NCBI GenBank assembly: GCA_035084275.1
Contig: CM068748.1
Location: 11,036,001-11,100,000, forward strand
Direction: 5' to 3'
Length of the DNA stretch: 64,000 nucleotides
From: Hydrolagus colliei
Lineage: Eukaryota
The first letter of the stretch is position 1, and every line of letters begins with the position of its first letter. The position numbers and the translations under genes are program-made. Shown one piece after another: positions 62,710-64,000 of this stretch. Below the pieces are notes generated by a model, which did not search any database, was not told the DNA's origin, and saw only the letters and a program-made list of their open reading frames with translations.

Positions 62710-63130
62710 TGTCAGCTTGATTAAATTGGTAGCACTCTTGTATCTGGGTCAGAAAATTGTGGTTTTGAGCCCCACATCAGGACTTTGAACTCACAACGTA
62801 AGATGACAGTGCTGGGTGAGTACTGCATTGTTGCAAGTACTATCCTTTAGATTAATAGTTGAAGCGAGGCCATATCTATCTGTTCAGGTGGACATTAAAG
62901 ATTTCACTGCACGCTTCAAAAGAGAATGGAATTTCTCCCAGTGTTTCGGCCAACAATTCTCCAGATAGAATTGGTCTTTCACTTCATAGCTGTTTGTGAG
63001 ACATTGTTGTGCACAATTTGGCTGCTGCATTCTCCTACAAAATACAGTAGCTACACTTTTAATCGTTTACACAATAAATCCTATAAAGCACTGTGAGCTA
63101 CTATATAAAATGTAAAGCATATTTATTATT
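62710..63130 (+). mobile_element. Near full-length ancient Deu-domain SINE (SacSINE1/AmnSINE-like)
   Basis: tRNA-like head (ttggtagcactcttg...gtggttttgagcccac), central gttcaggtggacattaaagat, Deu core gctgtttgtgagacattgttgtgcacaatttggctgctgcatt, AT-rich tail. Confidence 0.75.
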
Positions 63131-64000
63131 CATAAAACTAGAGCCTAGGGTTCTACTGTAAATTAGAACAATTCCATTATTAAACATCGAGAACCATTGG
63201 TCTAAAGTTTTGAAAGATTAACAATCTAACATTCCAATTGTTAGTCAGGTAGATTCAAAAAGGGTAAAAATAAAATTTCAAATAAAGACTGCTTACAGTC
63301 AGCATCAATTCCTTCACTATCTGACAACAGTTTTCAATCCGCTACCTTCCTTAACCCCGTGTATTCTAACAAAAGCAATCAGCAACGTACGTACATGGTA
63401 AACAAACCAATTTCTCAAATTTAATTCAGATGTGATTGAACATATGGAGTATGAACCACATACAAAAACTTGAGATGGATTAAATACAGTTTGATTTAAA
63501 GCCTACCTTTGTAGAATTAATGTTCCAAAAATGTAAACGTTTACATGGCATGAAGATTCCTATATACATCCACCTTACAAATGAATTGGTCTTAGAGATT
63601 CTTGTACCATTGATCCATGAGATTGTTATAGCTTGAGTAAGATAAACTCTTACCCTCCTTGATTACTGTTGCATCAAATATTTTCCGCTAATCAAAAAGC
63701 TGGAACCACATGGCCTTCACTGCAATTGGTGGAGTAAGTCAAAGCTCTGAAGATAATTACACAGCAAAAAGTATATCATAAACAAAGTCTGAATTCAATC
63801 AAAGATTTTAAAAATCCTATACTCAAGAACAAAATTCCATAATGTCATTGAGGGTAGACCAAAGGCTTCATCGTATTAGCAAACAGTAATAATTCCAGGA
63901 GTATTCTTCTAAGGATTTTCCAACTTTACGAGAAATGTGACACATCTGCTAAAGGAACAATAATTGTACGTTTAAATAAATACATTTTACAAATAACAGA

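Overview
Eukaryotic, AT-rich, repeat-dense vertebrate genomic DNA. The repeat families (L2 and CR1 LINEs, tRNA-headed and Deu-domain SINEs with L2-type tails) suggest a cartilaginous fish, probably a chimaera such as Callorhinchus; this is inference. The window lies inside one large minus-strand gene that I recognise as CCSER2 (FAM190B). Five coding exons splice in frame with canonical GT-AG sites: 52220-52007, 41829-41743, 28199-28113, 17328-17230 and 9385-9301. The start and terminal exons were not found and are probably outside the window. The introns hold many L2/CR1 fragments, SINEs, seven Tigger/pogo-type MITEs sharing one terminal repeat, and two hAT-type elements. The stand-out feature is a CpG-rich ~1.44 kb composite element at ~47701-49143 on the + strand, antisense to the host gene. 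It carries a perfect 21-bp hairpin, a 10-mer array, a captured UQCC2 5' region/exon 1 fused to the C-terminal part of a histone H2B, a pyrimidine tract, two Deu-domain cores and an L2 3' tail. A 5'-truncated relative of its 3' module lies at 42831-43070, suggesting an SVA-like, L2-mobilised, gene-capturing retroposon family. Almost all ORFs in the supplied track are chance or repeat-derived. Homologies are recognised from memory, not database-verified, and repeat boundaries are approximate unless stated.
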